Part shown: piece by piece, positions 1 to 12,818 of the stretch
Layout of the letters: each line of letters opens with the position of its first letter
Position numbering within the stretch: the stretch's first letter is position 1
Source of the DNA: Octopus sinensis
Lineage: Eukaryota
Assembly: GCF_006345805.1 (NCBI RefSeq)
Contig: NW_021832128.1
Coordinates: 136,001-200,000, forward strand
Length of the DNA: 64,000 nucleotides
Direction of reading: 5' to 3'
Made by a program: the position numbers and the translations under genes
Notes under the pieces: generated by a model
Database searches by the model: none
What the model was told of the DNA's origin: nothing
Seen by the model: the letters and a program-made list of their open reading frames with translations, nothing else

Positions 1-480
1 TTAGAGGCAAAGATTAAAATCCTCTTTTCATCATTACTGCCTGTGTTGTATTACAGGAACAAATCATTGCCTTCCAAATATTTAAAAGACTCAGGCACTT
101 GAAATCCAGTTTGATGAAGAGGTAACCAAAAGCTTTATTGTGCCAGTTTGTAATACTTCTAGAAACTGTTTGCAACAGTGGTTCATATTTCGCATTCTCA
201 CTAATATCATTTGTAGTTTCTGAAATAAGCACTCAAGTACTTGTTTCAACTCCATCTTGCAACTTTTTTCTTAATGCTGAAATGGCGAATCATGCTTCCA
301 CTGCATTTCATGTTGGTTCGTGATATTGATTATTGACTATTGAAATAATTATAGGTTCATCTGGTTTATTCTCTGTATGAACATGTGTATTGCAGACCTC
401 ACAGTACCACAGTTTCTTTGTCTCATCAGAACTAAACTTATGAAAGTAGTAAACATTATTAACTTCATCAATTAATTTGT
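1..480 (-). pseudogene. Decayed MULE/Mutator-like transposase fragment (FLYWCH-like N-terminus into start of MULE domain); runs off the window start
   Basis: Manual minus-strand translation gives HKFSSDETKKLWYCEVCNTHVH...HEPT and, in another frame, GFQVPESFKYLEGNDLFL*YNTGSNDEKRILIFAS, which resembles MULE transposases. Several stops and a frameshift. Repeated gtgggYRaa motifs at ~545-630 look like subterminal repeats. Confidence 0.6.
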
Positions 481-1277
481 TTTGTTTTTCTCACTTTTAA
501 AATATTTTGCAACCATATCAGGGTTTCTTAAAATTGGAAATATTTGTTATCCTGTGGGTGAAATGACATGTAGGCAACCAGACCCCATCATGAGCAAAAT
601 GATGTGTGGGCAAACGGACTCTTTCGTGGGTGAAATGAACTGGATACCAATTTGAAAAATTGTCTGGGACCAAATTTATTGGGACAGAATTTTCTGAAAC
701 AAAATTTTCCTAGCACCATTGAAATCACACGATCTGACAGTTCTGGTGTCCATAATAGACTTGCCTTAATAGATTTTTGCCTGCCAACGATATAAATATG
801 TATGCACCATGCGTCCATATGAGAGGTTCCTCTCAAGGTGATTACCATAGTATTTGGTGTTGTAACAAAGCGTCCAAATTAATTTGGATATAAAGATTGC
901 TTTGTGTGAGTGTGTGTGATCAGGGCCAGATTTATAGGGGATCGAGAAGGGTAATTTGCCCCAGGCATCAACTTGATATAGGGCCCTCCTGCTATGAAGG
1001 ATATGTAGCACTTAATACAGGGAAGCCCCACTTCTCAGCAATCTTGCATGCAGAGGCTCTCTTTCAATAAACAAATATATCTTTAAAAATGTAATAGATC
1101 CTCTTTTTTGATAAATAACCATAGTTTTAACTACATTAGGGACATCAATTCATTCAATTAAAAACACTATCCATTCCCAAAGCAGACACAATTCCCATGG
1201 GAATTAATTGTAGTTTCTTTTGGGACATTAACAGAAAACAACAAAACATTCCAAAAAATGTGTTTGTATGTGTGATC

Positions 1278-1321
<44 letters not shown>

Positions 1322-2086
1322 ATGGATGTATATAAAGATAAAGAGATTAATAGAAAGAAGTTATTTATTGTCTCTAGTTCAGATTCCTTCTTTCAATGTA
1401 TGACTGAGCACAGTAACCTTAGATTGACCACTGGCCATTAAAGACACCTACACACCACAAATATGCACACACATACATTGCCATTGTGAACTTCATTATT
1501 TTAGTGGGGCATTGAAAACTGGTTTTATTTTATGAAAGAGCAAGTCAGTAGTATGTTACAAAACTTAAATTTTGAATTTAGGTTTAATTATAAAATTACA
1601 TCTCTCAACAGCTCAAAGCATTTTTTTTTTTCCAGCTTTAGAATTATTGATTTTATGCTCACATGCTTTCTTGAAACCGAATCTTTTTCTTTCTTTCTTT
1701 TTTCACTATTTTCGTTATTTTGTCAAATGAAATAACTACAGTGAAGTGGGGCAAAATTGGTAACTTGGACAAAATGAGTCATTATCAATTTCTTGTTACT
1801 TTCTTACTACCAGTTTGAAACCATTACATTGCAAGTATTACATTATCATTTTGTACTCTTGCATCATTGCAAGTAAATATTGGCCACCATTGTTGTTTTT
1901 GCAGTTGAGGCAGTTTCAAGCCATCAAGTAACAGGTACTTTATTGCCAAGAAAATTTCCCTCAATTTTGACCCAGTTGTAATTGAGGTTCCTAACAAAAT
2001 ATTTAGATAATTTTGGGTGTTCAACAATCCAAATTCTTTCCTGTGTTGGGTTCCAAGTCAATTTTTTCCCACACTAATTGCCTAAT

Positions 2087-2602
2087 TTGATCATTTTCAA
2101 ATTTCAAAAACTCATGTCTAAACTGAGGCAAAATGTGTAACGACTAATTTCAATATCTTCTGTTTAACTGCATGGTGCATAAATGTATGAGAAAGAGAGT
2201 CAGGTGGAATTCTGCTTTAAGTACTCCGTATCACATCTTATAACTTTTTCTAGTTTTTGGAATTTTCAGAAAAGTTTTGTGAATTTGTATTCTCACATGG
2301 GAATTCATATGACTATGAAAAAACAAAAACAGAAAATCTTTTTTTGTCTGATCTAAGGGTTATTTAGCTGTTACTTTTCGTACATCTCACAACCACCCGA
2401 TACCTTCCTTGTTTCTTTGTCACTTGACCCCAAGCTGGCCTATCTGCCTATCCACAGCTCAGAGAAGTTGTGGAAGTACCAACTAGTGAGGTACATGGGG
2501 CAGAACGTACTACCTGACTTGATCATTTTCAAATTTCAAAAACTGATGTCTAAACTGGAGCAAAATGTGTAATGACTAATTTCAATATCTTCTGTTTAAC
2601 TG
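2087..2602. repeat. 84-bp direct repeat (2087-2170 and 2519-2602)
   Basis: ttgatcattttcaaatttcaaaaact...caatatcttctgtttaactg occurs twice with a few substitutions; the second copy abuts the Gypsy fragment. Confidence 0.9.
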
Positions 2603-5250
2603 AGTTTGCACCAAAGATCATGGCGAAGGTCTTTAAGGCAGTTTTGACCAAAGAGGCCAAAGTCAAGCAGGCTACCAGCTCATATGTCAATGATATCCTG
2701 GTAGATGAGAATGTGGGATTGGCTGAGGAAATCGTAGCTGACAACAATAACACTAGAGGCTATAGAAAGAGGTACTGCATTGGACCTCAGGCTTAAAAGA
2801 AACAAAGTGGGTAGGATTGTGTTTCACAGAGGAAACATGATCCTGGACCTAAATCAGGATATGAATAGGCGAGGGCTGTTCTCAATGTGTGAGAAGCCAG
2901 TGGGTCACTACTCTCTTTGCAGGATGGCTCCAAATGGCATGCAGCTATGTCAAAAGGCAAGTAGAAGGAGTGAACTGGAGTGATAAAGTGGGAGAGAAGA
3001 CTATGGCAATGATGTAAGAGGTCTTGGAGAGTGTGTGAGCAGAAGATCCAATGAAGAGTAGCTGGTATGTGCCTGACACAAAGAAAGGGATCATGTGGTG
3101 TGACATGAGCAGCATAACATTGGGAGTCATGCTAGAAATAGGAGGTGTTGAGGTGGAAGATGTGGCATGGCTTAGGAAGACGGACAACTGCAACCACATC
3201 AATGTAGCAGAACTGGATGCTGTGTTGAAGGGTGTCGACCTAGCACTGAAATGGGGACTGCAGACCATCGAGGTCTGACTGATTCTGCCACTGTGCGAGG
3301 GTGGGTGGAATCAGTGATCACCAACTGGAAGAGAATTTGCACAATAGATGCCACAGAAATGGTGATTAAGCATCACCTGGGAATCCCAAGTGACCTAGCA
3401 GCCAAGTTCAATTTGGAGTTGCATTTGGTTTTTGTGACCTCAGGAAAAAATAAGACGGACGTTCTAAACAAAGTGAAAAAGCATTGATTGAAAACAGCAG
3501 AGGATTTCCAAGTAGGGTAGCAGCGGTTTGTCAGCTGACGAGCACAGAACTAAGGAGGTTGCACAACATGCACCACATGGGGATTGACAGGATGTTTTTG
3601 GTTAGGACAGTCAACCCCGATGTCACCAGGGAGAGCATTTGGAGGACAGTGGGGAAATGCAACAGGTGCCAATCGATTGATCCTGCTCCAAGAACATACA
3701 AACCAAGATAGAAGAGGCTAGCCATTGACATGACGCACTATAGGGGAAAGGTGTACCTTTCAATGGTCGACTGTGGACTGGGACGAATGGCTAATGTGGA
3801 GAGAACCCAGGGTGGAGACTGCTGCCAAAGTCATGGAAGTGCTGAATGTGGTGTTCTTGGAAGATGAGCTATTGATGGACAGCAGGCTGGAGGTGTTCAA
3901 CAATGACTGTCTCCGCCACATTCTTCACTGCCGACACATTGATTGGGTTCCTACAGCCAGTCTTCATCATCGCCTGAATCTCCGGCCCCTCCCATCGGTG
4001 CTTCTACAATGACACTTGAGGTGGTTCGGTCATGCGGCCCGGCATCCAGAGAGTGAGCTGATTCGTGATGTCCTCCTCCCACCTCCACTTCCCAACTGGT
4101 GCAAACGCACGGGTGTAAACGCACGGACGGGCAGCTGAAGACCTGGGTAACAACGATAAAGGAGGACCTCTCTGAACTCTCAAGTCCGCAGGTGGTCGGT
4201 CTGCACAGATGGAACCACGAATGGTTCACTATCTCCAGTGACCTCGCACAGGGCTGCCATGGTTCGTGATGCCGTCAGGACCAGAGAAAAAGCCAGCTCA
4301 ACTTGCCCTGGGTGAACGCCATCACAAGTACAAGTACAAGTAAAAGAACAGTTTTTCACTCAGAGCAGCTGAGAGAGATACTTAAAAGGTGAAGCACATG
4401 ACACTTCTTCAGAGCTGCATACAAGCAAAGTGGAAACGGGATTGTGGAGCACAAACACCATACAATTAAAGCCATGGCTGAGAGGGGACGAATGTCCCCC
4501 ATGGAGGCAGTCTTCTGGTACAACATGTTGCTCAACATAGGGAAAGCCAAAGAGTTGATCCCACAAAGGGCCATATTCTGGTACAAATGGAGACACCCGA
4601 GCATGGTGCCGAAGCACCCAGAGGTAGAAGAGGTTACATCTGTGCAGGATGGAGATGAAGCGTGGGTGAAGCCCCTAAACGCTCAGTGCACAACACACTG
4701 GAAAGAAGGAAAGGTAACTGCAAGCAGTACTCCCAATAATGTATCAGTGGATGGAATGCTGTGTCACATCCTGAATATTTGAAGGGTGCTTAGCTCATCC
4801 AAAGGGGTGGGAGGAGTTGGCTCCGTGACCATACGGAGATCTCAAAGGGGATATCACTTCCCACCCCAGGTGGATGGACAATTAGGAAACAGAACAGGGA
4901 AATAATGATCTTTAGATCAGAGGGGCATGTGGTGGAAGGGTAACTGACCGGAAGGGAGTGGGAGAGACAGTGCATGGTAGAAGGGTAATTGACCAGAAAG
5001 GAGAGGGAGAGACAGAACAAGAAGACTGGAAGGGACAAGATAACATCATGTTGGTGAGCAACAAGGGAAGTTTCCCTCTTTTCTATGTGGTCAACGGTAG
5101 AGGCCGGACATGATGTGAAGAGATCAGTCGAGTCAATATGTGATAACAACTGAACAATCTGCTGGTGGTACCTGATTACCTTTAAACCACAGGCTAAATA
5201 TCTGGAAAATATTTTTTTCCTTGCATCATTTTCATTTATGACTCTTGTCA
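2603..5250 (+). mobile_element. Decayed, 5'-truncated Gypsy-type LTR retrotransposon pol (RT end, RNase H, integrase); no LTRs seen
   Basis: SSYVNDILVDE (YxDD-like), RNase H-like CDMSS...HINVAELDAVLKG...TDSATV, integrase HHCC LHNMHHMG...CNRCQSIDPAP, RLAID, SGNGIVE; many stops and frameshifts. The right boundary is approximate. Confidence 0.8.
3884..4343 (+). mobile_element. 5'-truncated RTE-type LINE 3' end nested in the Gypsy integrase
   Basis: LEVFNNDCLRHIL...LRWFGHAARHP...KTW...IKEDL, ending in an (ACAAGT)3 tail. The integrase reads ELLMDS before the insert and TVFHSEQLREILK after it. Confidence 0.8.
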
Positions 5251-5747
5251 TTGGGTCTATGAAAGATAAATGACTGAAATCCGCAAATTTTGAAGGGTTT
5301 TATTTATTCTGCACAATTTCTGAAAAAAATTAATTTTAACTTTTGTAAAATCTTCAAATCTTGAGGAATTTCATTTATTTATTTTATCTAAGATCAAATT
5401 TTAAATCCACTCATCACAAATTACAAAATAAAGGTGATCATAATTTCAATTGGAGAGCTATAATTTTGTGTGTGAGCATGGCATATGGAGATTTCTAATG
5501 AATTTTTTTCTTTTTCTCTCTAAATCTCAACTTTTCACACCTATTTCAATGTTGATGTCAAGCCACAAATTATTTTCGTGTTGTGTATACAGTATATAAA
5601 AATAACAAATAATTTGTACGGAAATATTACCCAATCAAAATTGTATTGAATTATGGTTGAGTCATAACGAACCGCCCACTTTCTATCTCTCTCTCTCTTC
5701 TCCCTCTCCTCTCTCTCTCTCTCCTCTCCACCCTCTCTCTCCTTTCA

Positions 5748-5957
5748 CTTGGCTTGCCGGGTCTTCTCACACACAGCATATTTCCAAAGGTCTCGGTCAC
5801 TAGTCATTTCCTCAGTGAGTCCTAATGTTCAATGGTCATGCTTCACCACTCATCCCAGGTCTTCTTGGATCTAGCTCTTCCACAAGTTCCCTCAACTGCT
5901 AGGGTGTGGCACTTTTTCACACAGCTATCCTCATGTACTCTCGCCACATGACCATAC

Positions 5958-5962
<5 letters not shown>
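5748..5962 (-). mobile_element. RTE LINE 3' ORF fragment, same family as 13890-16295
   Basis: WYGHVARVHEDSCVKKCHTLAVEGTCGR matches WYGHVARMDEDTCVKKCHTLAVEGSCVR at ~15498-15590. Confidence 0.85.
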
Positions 5963-5994
<32 letters not shown>

Positions 5995-6181
5995 TTTTAT
6001 AATAAATCAATCTCTGTTTCAACATCTCTCCATTTTTTTAATACTTGTTTATGGTATATTCTTATACCTATAAAGAATCTCCGCAAATATCACCTTTTTT
6101 CTCTTTTTGGATCCCCCAAAAAGTTTGAATTGTTCTTTTTGAACTTACCTTTTCTCATATATGGATATATATATATATATA

Positions 6182-6590
6182 ATACAAATAAGAAAATGGA
6201 GAAACAAATTCAGTTTGTTCATCAACTTACGGATATTATAGTGCTAGATTATTTATTCATTTTACAAATGAGAACATCAAAAGCATACTAAATATTATAT
6301 AAATCAATAAATAATATAATATGAATACAGATTTTAAAAGTCATATTATAAATTATTGAAATCCATAAACTACTTCTTACAGCTGTTTCAGCCTATGGTC
6401 AAAAGTGAGTCCAATTTACATTGCCGATAGATATCAATATATTAGGGTTGTAGGCATTTAAACAATATAATACATATATGTTAAAAGAACCATAGGCCTC
6501 ATCAGAGGATATAATTAACTGGCGATGTGGATTTCCACCTCGGCATCCGAAACTCAGAGTTTTATCTTGGCTTCCGAATAATTGTCACAT
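6182..6590 (-). mobile_element. Penelope-like element terminal (pLTR) remnant with hammerhead, family A
   Basis: Contains a hammerhead motif. The tail taatatccgtaagttgatga...ttttcttatttgtattat is shared with 22198-22248. Flanked by TA tracts. Confidence 0.65.
6374..6509 (-). ncRNA. Hammerhead ribozyme motif (type I, minimal) with 86-nt loop II
   Basis: Minus strand: UCCU-CUGAUGA-GGCCUAUGGUU[loop]GACCAUAGGCU-GAAA-CAGCU-GUA-AGAA. Stem II has 11 bp, stem III is palindromic (ACAGCUGU), stem I has one mismatch. Confidence 0.75.
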
Positions 6591-6597
6591 ATTATAT

Positions 6598-6646
<49 letters not shown>

Positions 6647-6654
6647 ACATATTA

Positions 6655-6688
<34 letters not shown>

Positions 6689-7856
6689 CCTCCCGTCTGT
6701 CTTGATAGACAATGGGTCGCGCCAAGGGTGGGGCCTACTTTGATGATGAGCAGCGTCTGCTGTGACTGAACAGTCCAATTCTGAGTGGCAGTCCCTGGTA
6801 CAGTTGCTGCACACGAACATCGATGGGTACGTGTGGGGTGTTGCTGCAGTTGTCCTCCTCCTGTCCCGCCTGTCCGACCACAGCTGTGCTCTCCTTTCCT
6901 CAGCCATGGAAACGCCTTTCCTCACTGTCCGACGCCAGGCAGAGCGGTCAGCAGCTGTTACCTCCCACATGTCCACACAGATGTTGGCAGTCCTCAGGTT
7001 GCGCTTGCACACATCCCTGTATCGTAGCTGTGGACATCCCTTAGGTCGGGATCCTGTGGTGAGTTCGCTGTACAGGATGTCTTTAGGCATGCGACCGTCC
7101 TGCATGCGGCAGACGTGTCTGAGCCAGCGCAGTCGTCTCCGCACGAGGAGGGCATGCATGCTTGGCATATTAGTCTGTTCTAGGATGACTCCGTTTGGTA
7201 CTCGGTCCTTCCAGGAGATGCCTAGGATCCGTCGAAGACACCGCATGTGGAAGCCGCTGAGGCGGCATTCTTGCCGGGTGTATGTTGTCCAGCTCTCACT
7301 GCCGTAGAATAGGGTCTTCAGCACGCAGGCTCGGTACACTGCGATCTTGGTGGTTATTGTGAGCATGTTGTTTTCCCACACTCTCCTGGAGAGCTTAGCC
7401 ATGGCAGCAGCAGCCTTCCCAATCCATCTGTTCAGCTCCGGCTCGAGGGACAGGCTGCTGGAGACCGTCGATCCCAGGTAAGTGAACTCGTTCACCACCT
7501 GCAAGCTGTGGTCGCCGACACTGATGCTGGGGACCCCTCCGATGTCCTGGCCCATGATCTCTGTCTTTTTCAGGCCGATGGTAAGGCCGAACTCTTGGTA
7601 GGCATCCGCCAGGGAGCTGACCAGCCTCTGGAGACCCGGCTGGTTGTGTGATGTTAGGGCGGCATCGTCAGCAAAGAGGATCTCTCTGATCAGCACCTGA
7701 CGGACTTTGGTCTTAGCTCTGAGGTGCGCAAGATTGAACAATCCACCATCAGCCCTGGTGTGGAGGAACACTCCGTCGTCGGATGTTCTGAAGGCATAGG
7801 ACAGGACAAGGGAGAAGAAAATTCCGAAGAGCGTCGGTGCCAGAACGCAACCCTGT
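6689..7856 (-). mobile_element. 5'-truncated RTE-BovB-like LINE (RT C-terminal half), GC-rich, inserted in (TA)n
   Basis: QGCVLAPTLFGIFF...EILFADDAAL...FTYLGS...LRWLRHVCRMQDGRMPKDILYSEL. The frame is open except for a frameshift in the C-terminal Cys/His motif. TA repeats on both sides. Confidence 0.9.
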
Positions 7857-7910
7857 TATATATATATATGTATATATATATATGTATGTATATATATATA
7901 TATATGTATG

Positions 7911-7956
<46 letters not shown>

Positions 7957-8056
7957 ATATATATGTATGTATATATATTCAAAATGTGACCGCATGTGTA
8001 CCGTTGGTGATTTTTTTTCCTCCGTCTTCCCTTCTTTGGATCTTTCCTTTTCCTAT

Positions 8057-8091
8057 GTTTCTGACGAAGAGCTCCACTCGAGACGTTAAAT
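8057..8091 (+). ncRNA. Minimal hammerhead motif, family B copy 1 (GAAA mutated to GAGA)
   Basis: GUUU-CUGACGA-A-GAGC-UCC-ACUC-GAGA-C-GUU-AAAU. Confidence 0.6.
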
Positions 8092-9224
8092 CCTCCTTCT
8101 TTCTTTCCTTTTCTGAGCGTCCAATAACACTATACTTGTTCCACGTCATCGCCTTGTTGTGTTTTCATGTTTGAATTAACTTTATATACCGCACGCTCAC
8201 ACGGACCCCAGCCTTCTGACTGACTTGGATAACCAATTCCTGAATTTTACACCTACAGTTTACTGTTACCATTCATCCAGAGTATGCCACTGTAATCGTG
8301 ATTGGAAATCAAAAAATTTGTCCATGACTCTTCTACTTTTCCTCGTCCTCTGTTTACCTTTCTTCTTCTACTTCCCCTTTTCTACTTGTGTCGCGACCAT
8401 TTACACCTACACAGCCATTCACACCTTTTCACCATGCCTGACTTGCACTCCTTCCTCCAACACCTTCAATCCTTTCTTTGCCGTTTTCTTGCCTCTTTCT
8501 CCCCCAATGCTTGCAACCCGCAAAAAAACTCTCTCACTTTTTAAAAAAACTCGCCACTCTAGCCATCTCTCCTTTCTTAGCTGTTGCCTCCGCCAGCACA
8601 TCACACCCAGTGGTTTCCTCTTGAAGTTCCATGCCACCCCCTTATTCCTCCACCCTCATCGAACCCACCTTCGCCCGCACGTCCCGCCTCCTCATCCGTG
8701 ACACCATCCGTTCCACCTGCTCCCTCCTTCACTCTCTTGACCACCAACTTCCCCAGGCTTACTTCCTCCTCTCCTCCCTCTGCCCTCCACCCTTCACCCA
8801 ACCCATTCTCTGCTTCATTCTTAATCTCAACCACCAACTCCAAATGTTCCTCACACACACAAAAAACAAAAAACTCCACCACCTCCTCAACCCTTCACAT
8901 CCTTCCCCTCCCACACCCCTACACACTCCCCAACTCAATCCAATCTCGCACCCACCACAACCTTCCCCCCTGCACACACCACAGACCCACACACATCCTA
9001 CCCTGACTTTCCCACCCTACCCCATCTTCACCCAACCATTCCAACCCTCCTCCCCACACCTCTGCACCCCCTCTTCCTGACCCCACTCACCCCACCACTC
9101 TGCTCCCTTGCACTGTTGTCACTATATCATCTGACCTCCCCCCCATTCAAAATGTGACCGCGTGTGTACCATTGGCGATTTTTTTTTCTCCGTTTTCCCT
9201 TCCTTGGGTCTTTCCTTTTCCTAT

Positions 9225-9259
9225 GTTTCTGACAAAGAGCTCCGCTCAAAACGTTAAAT
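9225..9259 (+). ncRNA. Minimal hammerhead motif, family B copy 2 (core G8A, G12A)
   Basis: GUUU-CUGACAA-A-GAGC-UCC-GCUC-AAAA-C-GUU-AAAU. The two copies complement each other to give the consensus CUGACGA...GAAA. Confidence 0.55.
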
Positions 9260-9357
9260 CCTCCTTCTTTCTTTCCTTTCCTGAGCGTCCAATAACACTA
9301 TACTTGTTCCACATCCTCGCGTTGTTGTGTTTTCTCTTTGTGTTTTCAGGTTTGGAT

Positions 9358-9388
<31 letters not shown>

Positions 9389-9389
9389 C

Positions 9390-12300
9390 CATCATCATCA
9401 TCATCATCACCATCGTTTAACGTCCGTTTTCCGCGCGGTTGGACGGTTCGACCGGGGTCTGGGAAGCCAGAGGCTGCTCCAGGCTCCAGTCTGATCTGGC
9501 AGAGTTTCTACGGCTGGATGCCCTTCCTAACGCCAACCACTCCGCGAGTGTAGTGGGTACTTTTTACGTGCCACCTGCACAGGTGCTGGGGGGGGGGTCC
9601 GGCATTGGTCACGATCGGTTGGAGCTTTTAACGTGCCAGCGGCACGGAAGCCAGCATAGCTGGCAACGTTCGGATGGTCTTTTTATGTGCCACCGGCACA
9701 GGAGCCAGTCGGGGCGGGGCTGGCATCGGCCACATTCGGATGGTGCTTTTTATGTGCCACGGGCACAGGCATCACAACTACTATTTCCATTGATATTTAT
9801 TTCGACGTTCATGTTCATGTACTTGACTCAACAGGTCTCCTCAAGCACAGCGGGATGTTCTGGGATCCAGGATACTTTGAATGGGCAGGGGCTATGCAGA
9901 ACTGATGCAGGAAGCAGCCCGGGTCTTTGCAGTCACAGCATATCTCCAGAGATCTCGGTCCTTCGCCATTGCCTCAGTGAGGCCCAACACTCTGAGGTCA
10001 TGCTTGACTACCTCATCCCATGTCTTCCTGGGTCTACCTCTCCCCCTGATACCTTCAACTGTTTGGGAGTGGCACTTCTTCACACATCTCTCCTCATCCA
10101 TCCGCAGCACATGACTATACCATTGCAAGCGTCGCTCTTGCACACCACATCTGATGCTTCTTATATCCAGCATTTCTCTCAGGGTGCTTACACTCTGTCG
10201 TGCGTGCACACTGACATTACACATCCAGCGGATCATGCTAGCTTCATTTCTTTCAAGTCTACGCATGTCCTCTGCAGTCACAGCCCATGTTTCACTACCG
10301 TGAAGCATGGCAGTTCGCACACATGCATCATACAATCTACCTTTCGCTCTGAGGGAGAGACCCTTTGTCGCCAGTAGGGGTAGGAGCTTTCTGAACTTTG
10401 CCCAGGCTATTCGTATTCTAGTGGTGATACTCTCTGTGCATCCACCTCTACTACTAACTTGGTCATCCAGGTAGCGGAAACTATCAACTACTTCTAGTTT
10501 CTCTCCCTGGAGTGTGATGGAATCTGTTTTCTGAGTGTCTGTGGTGTCTATTGTCCCTGTGCATCTGCCGCACATGAAAGCTATCTTATCTGTTGATTTC
10601 CCTTTAATGTTGCTGCACCTCTTGTGCATCCATAGCTTACATTGGGTGCATCTTATGGAGTTTCTACCTACACCTTTCCTACAGATCGAGCAGGGCCACC
10701 TGCCCGAGGGGGTGTGTGCTGAGTTTGCCTTTCTGCTTACTATAACTCTGGTCTTTGCTACATTTACTCTAAGGCTCTTTGATTCTAACCCTTGCTTCCA
10801 CACCCGAAATTTCTTTTCTAGTTCCGGTGGTGATTCTGCTATGAGAGCCAGGTCATCAGCATAGAGGAGCTCCCAGGGGCATCCTGTTTTGAATTCCTCT
10901 GTTATTGCCTGGAGGACTATGATGAATAAAAGGGGACTGAGGGCTGAGCCTTGGTGCACACCTACTTCTACCCGGAATTCTTCACTATATTCGTTGCCAA
11001 TCCTAACCTTGCTGACAGCCTCTCTGTATAGAGCCTGTACAGCCCTTATTAGCCATTCGTCAATCTCCAGTTTCTGCATCGACACCAGATAAGGGAACGG
11101 GGAACCCTGTCAAAGGCTTTCTCCAAGTCCACAAAAGCTATGTAGAGGGGTTTATCTTTAGCTAGGTACTTCTCCTGCAGTTGTTGGACCAGGATATAGC
11201 ATCAGTGGTGCTTCTATCCCACGGCAAAAAATCGAACTGCATTTCATCTAAGCAAATTCTCTCCCTAATGAGATGGGTTATGACCCTCTCTATGACCTTC
11301 ATCACCTGATCCAACAGTTTAATACCCCTGTATTATTTCTATCTAGAGCATCACCCTTACCCTTGTAGCAGTTGACTATGGTGCTGCTACGCCAGTCATT
11401 GGGTATGACTCCATTGTGAACTACCTGGTTTACAATGCGGGTGACTAGGCCATAGCCCACATAGCCAGCTGTTTTAAGCATCCCAGCAGTGATTCCAGAT
11501 GGGCTGGGGGGGGGGCTTTACCTGTTTTCATATCCTTAATTGCTTAACTACACAGGGAGCTGTCTATTCGGATAGCTGGTCCCTCTACTGGGTCAACATT
11601 TGGCAGGCTCTCCTCCTCCCATTCATTCTCCTCATTCAGCAGTCTTTCATAATGGCTTCTCCAAGCCTCTTTCTTTTCACTAACAGTAAAAGCAAGTGCC
11701 CCATCATCCATGCGGACACATTTCTCTCCTGTAACATCACTATTTTCTCTGACACACTGTCTGGCAATCCGAAATACCTCAGCTCTTTGGTCCTCACGTC
11801 GCTGGACATTGGCAAACTTCTTCTTTCTTTCTTCTGCTACATCTTTGGCTATGTATACCTGCCGCCCAGCCCCCCCTTTTGGCTACCTGGTACAGTTCCC
11901 TGCTACCCCCCCTCCCTCCAGGCTTTCCGGCCTGTCTCTTTGCACTAATGGCTTTGTCTACTGCACTATTCCACCACCACGTAACTCTAGGTCTGGAAGG
12001 GACTTTGCACCATCCACAGACTTGGTCTGTGGCACTCAGCAAGCTGTCCCGTAGGAATTCCCAGCTACCTTCTATGTCTGACGTCTGAAGCTCCTCCTCC
12101 CTCTCATCAAATTTCTTGATGAGTATGTCCCTAAATCTCTGACCATGTGAAGGGGTCTTTAGCTTCCAAATCCTTCTTTTCTGGATTGGTTTGTTTCTTA
12201 GAGTCCTTCTGGCCTCAAGCTTAAAGTCACTGATGATTAGTCTATGCTGAGGGATACATTCTTCACCTGGGAGGGTCTTTGTATTCAAGAGCGACCCTGC

Positions 12301-12636
12301 ATCCCGCTGTCTGGTGAGGATGAAGTCTATTTGGCTAGCGGAGACTCCTGACTGATAGGTTATAAGGTGACAGTCAGGCTTCTTGAAGTTAGTGTTGCAG
12401 ATTAAAAGGTTACATGCATCACAGAATTCCAGTAGTCTAGTTCCCTCATCATTTCTGGTGCCAATACCATGGTCACCGTGTACCCCAGTGAAGATACCTG
12501 ATTCCCACCCAACATGCCCATTAAAATCTCCACCCACAAAGATGAGGTCCTTGCCACTAGTCTTTGAAGTAGCCTGTAGAAGGGTATCATAAAAGTGGTC
12601 TTTCTGATCATTTGGTAGTCCCGCTTGTGGGGCATC
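9390..12636 (-). mobile_element. RTE-clade LINE (APE endonuclease fragment, RT, 3'UTR with (GAT)n tail); 5'-truncated with an internal deletion near 11500
   Basis: APE motifs [19 protein letters not shown]; RT motifs GVHQGSALSPLLF and LLYADDL. The 3'UTR has GGATGCCCTTCCTAACGCCAACC and ends ggacgttaaacgatgatgatg. Confidence 0.92.
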
Positions 12637-12667
12637 CATATATATATATATATGGATATATACATAT

Positions 12668-12746
<79 letters not shown>

Positions 12747-12755
12747 TACCCATAT

Positions 12756-12818
<63 letters not shown>

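Larger units (their letters stand above)
7978..9362 (+). mobile_element. Internally deleted Penelope-like element: two ~215-bp direct terminal repeats (7978-8188, 9145-9362) around an ORF N-terminal remnant
   Basis: ttcaaaatgtgaccgc...taacactatacttgttccac is repeated, and each copy has a hammerhead. The interior reads CCLRQHITPSGFLLKF...HTKNKKLHHL...CTVVTISSDLP, resembling the PLE ORF region upstream of RT. Confidence 0.75.

Noticed and set aside
395-432. CUGAUGA...GAAAC on the minus strand, resembling a hammerhead core
   Set aside because: No stem II and no matching stem I; it lies in MULE coding sequence (SSDETKKLW).
9439-10377. 312-aa + strand ORF and similar antisense ORFs (6762-7307, 15507-16214, 51582-52115)
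   Set aside because: They are shadow frames of GC-richer transposon sequence with no recognisable domains.
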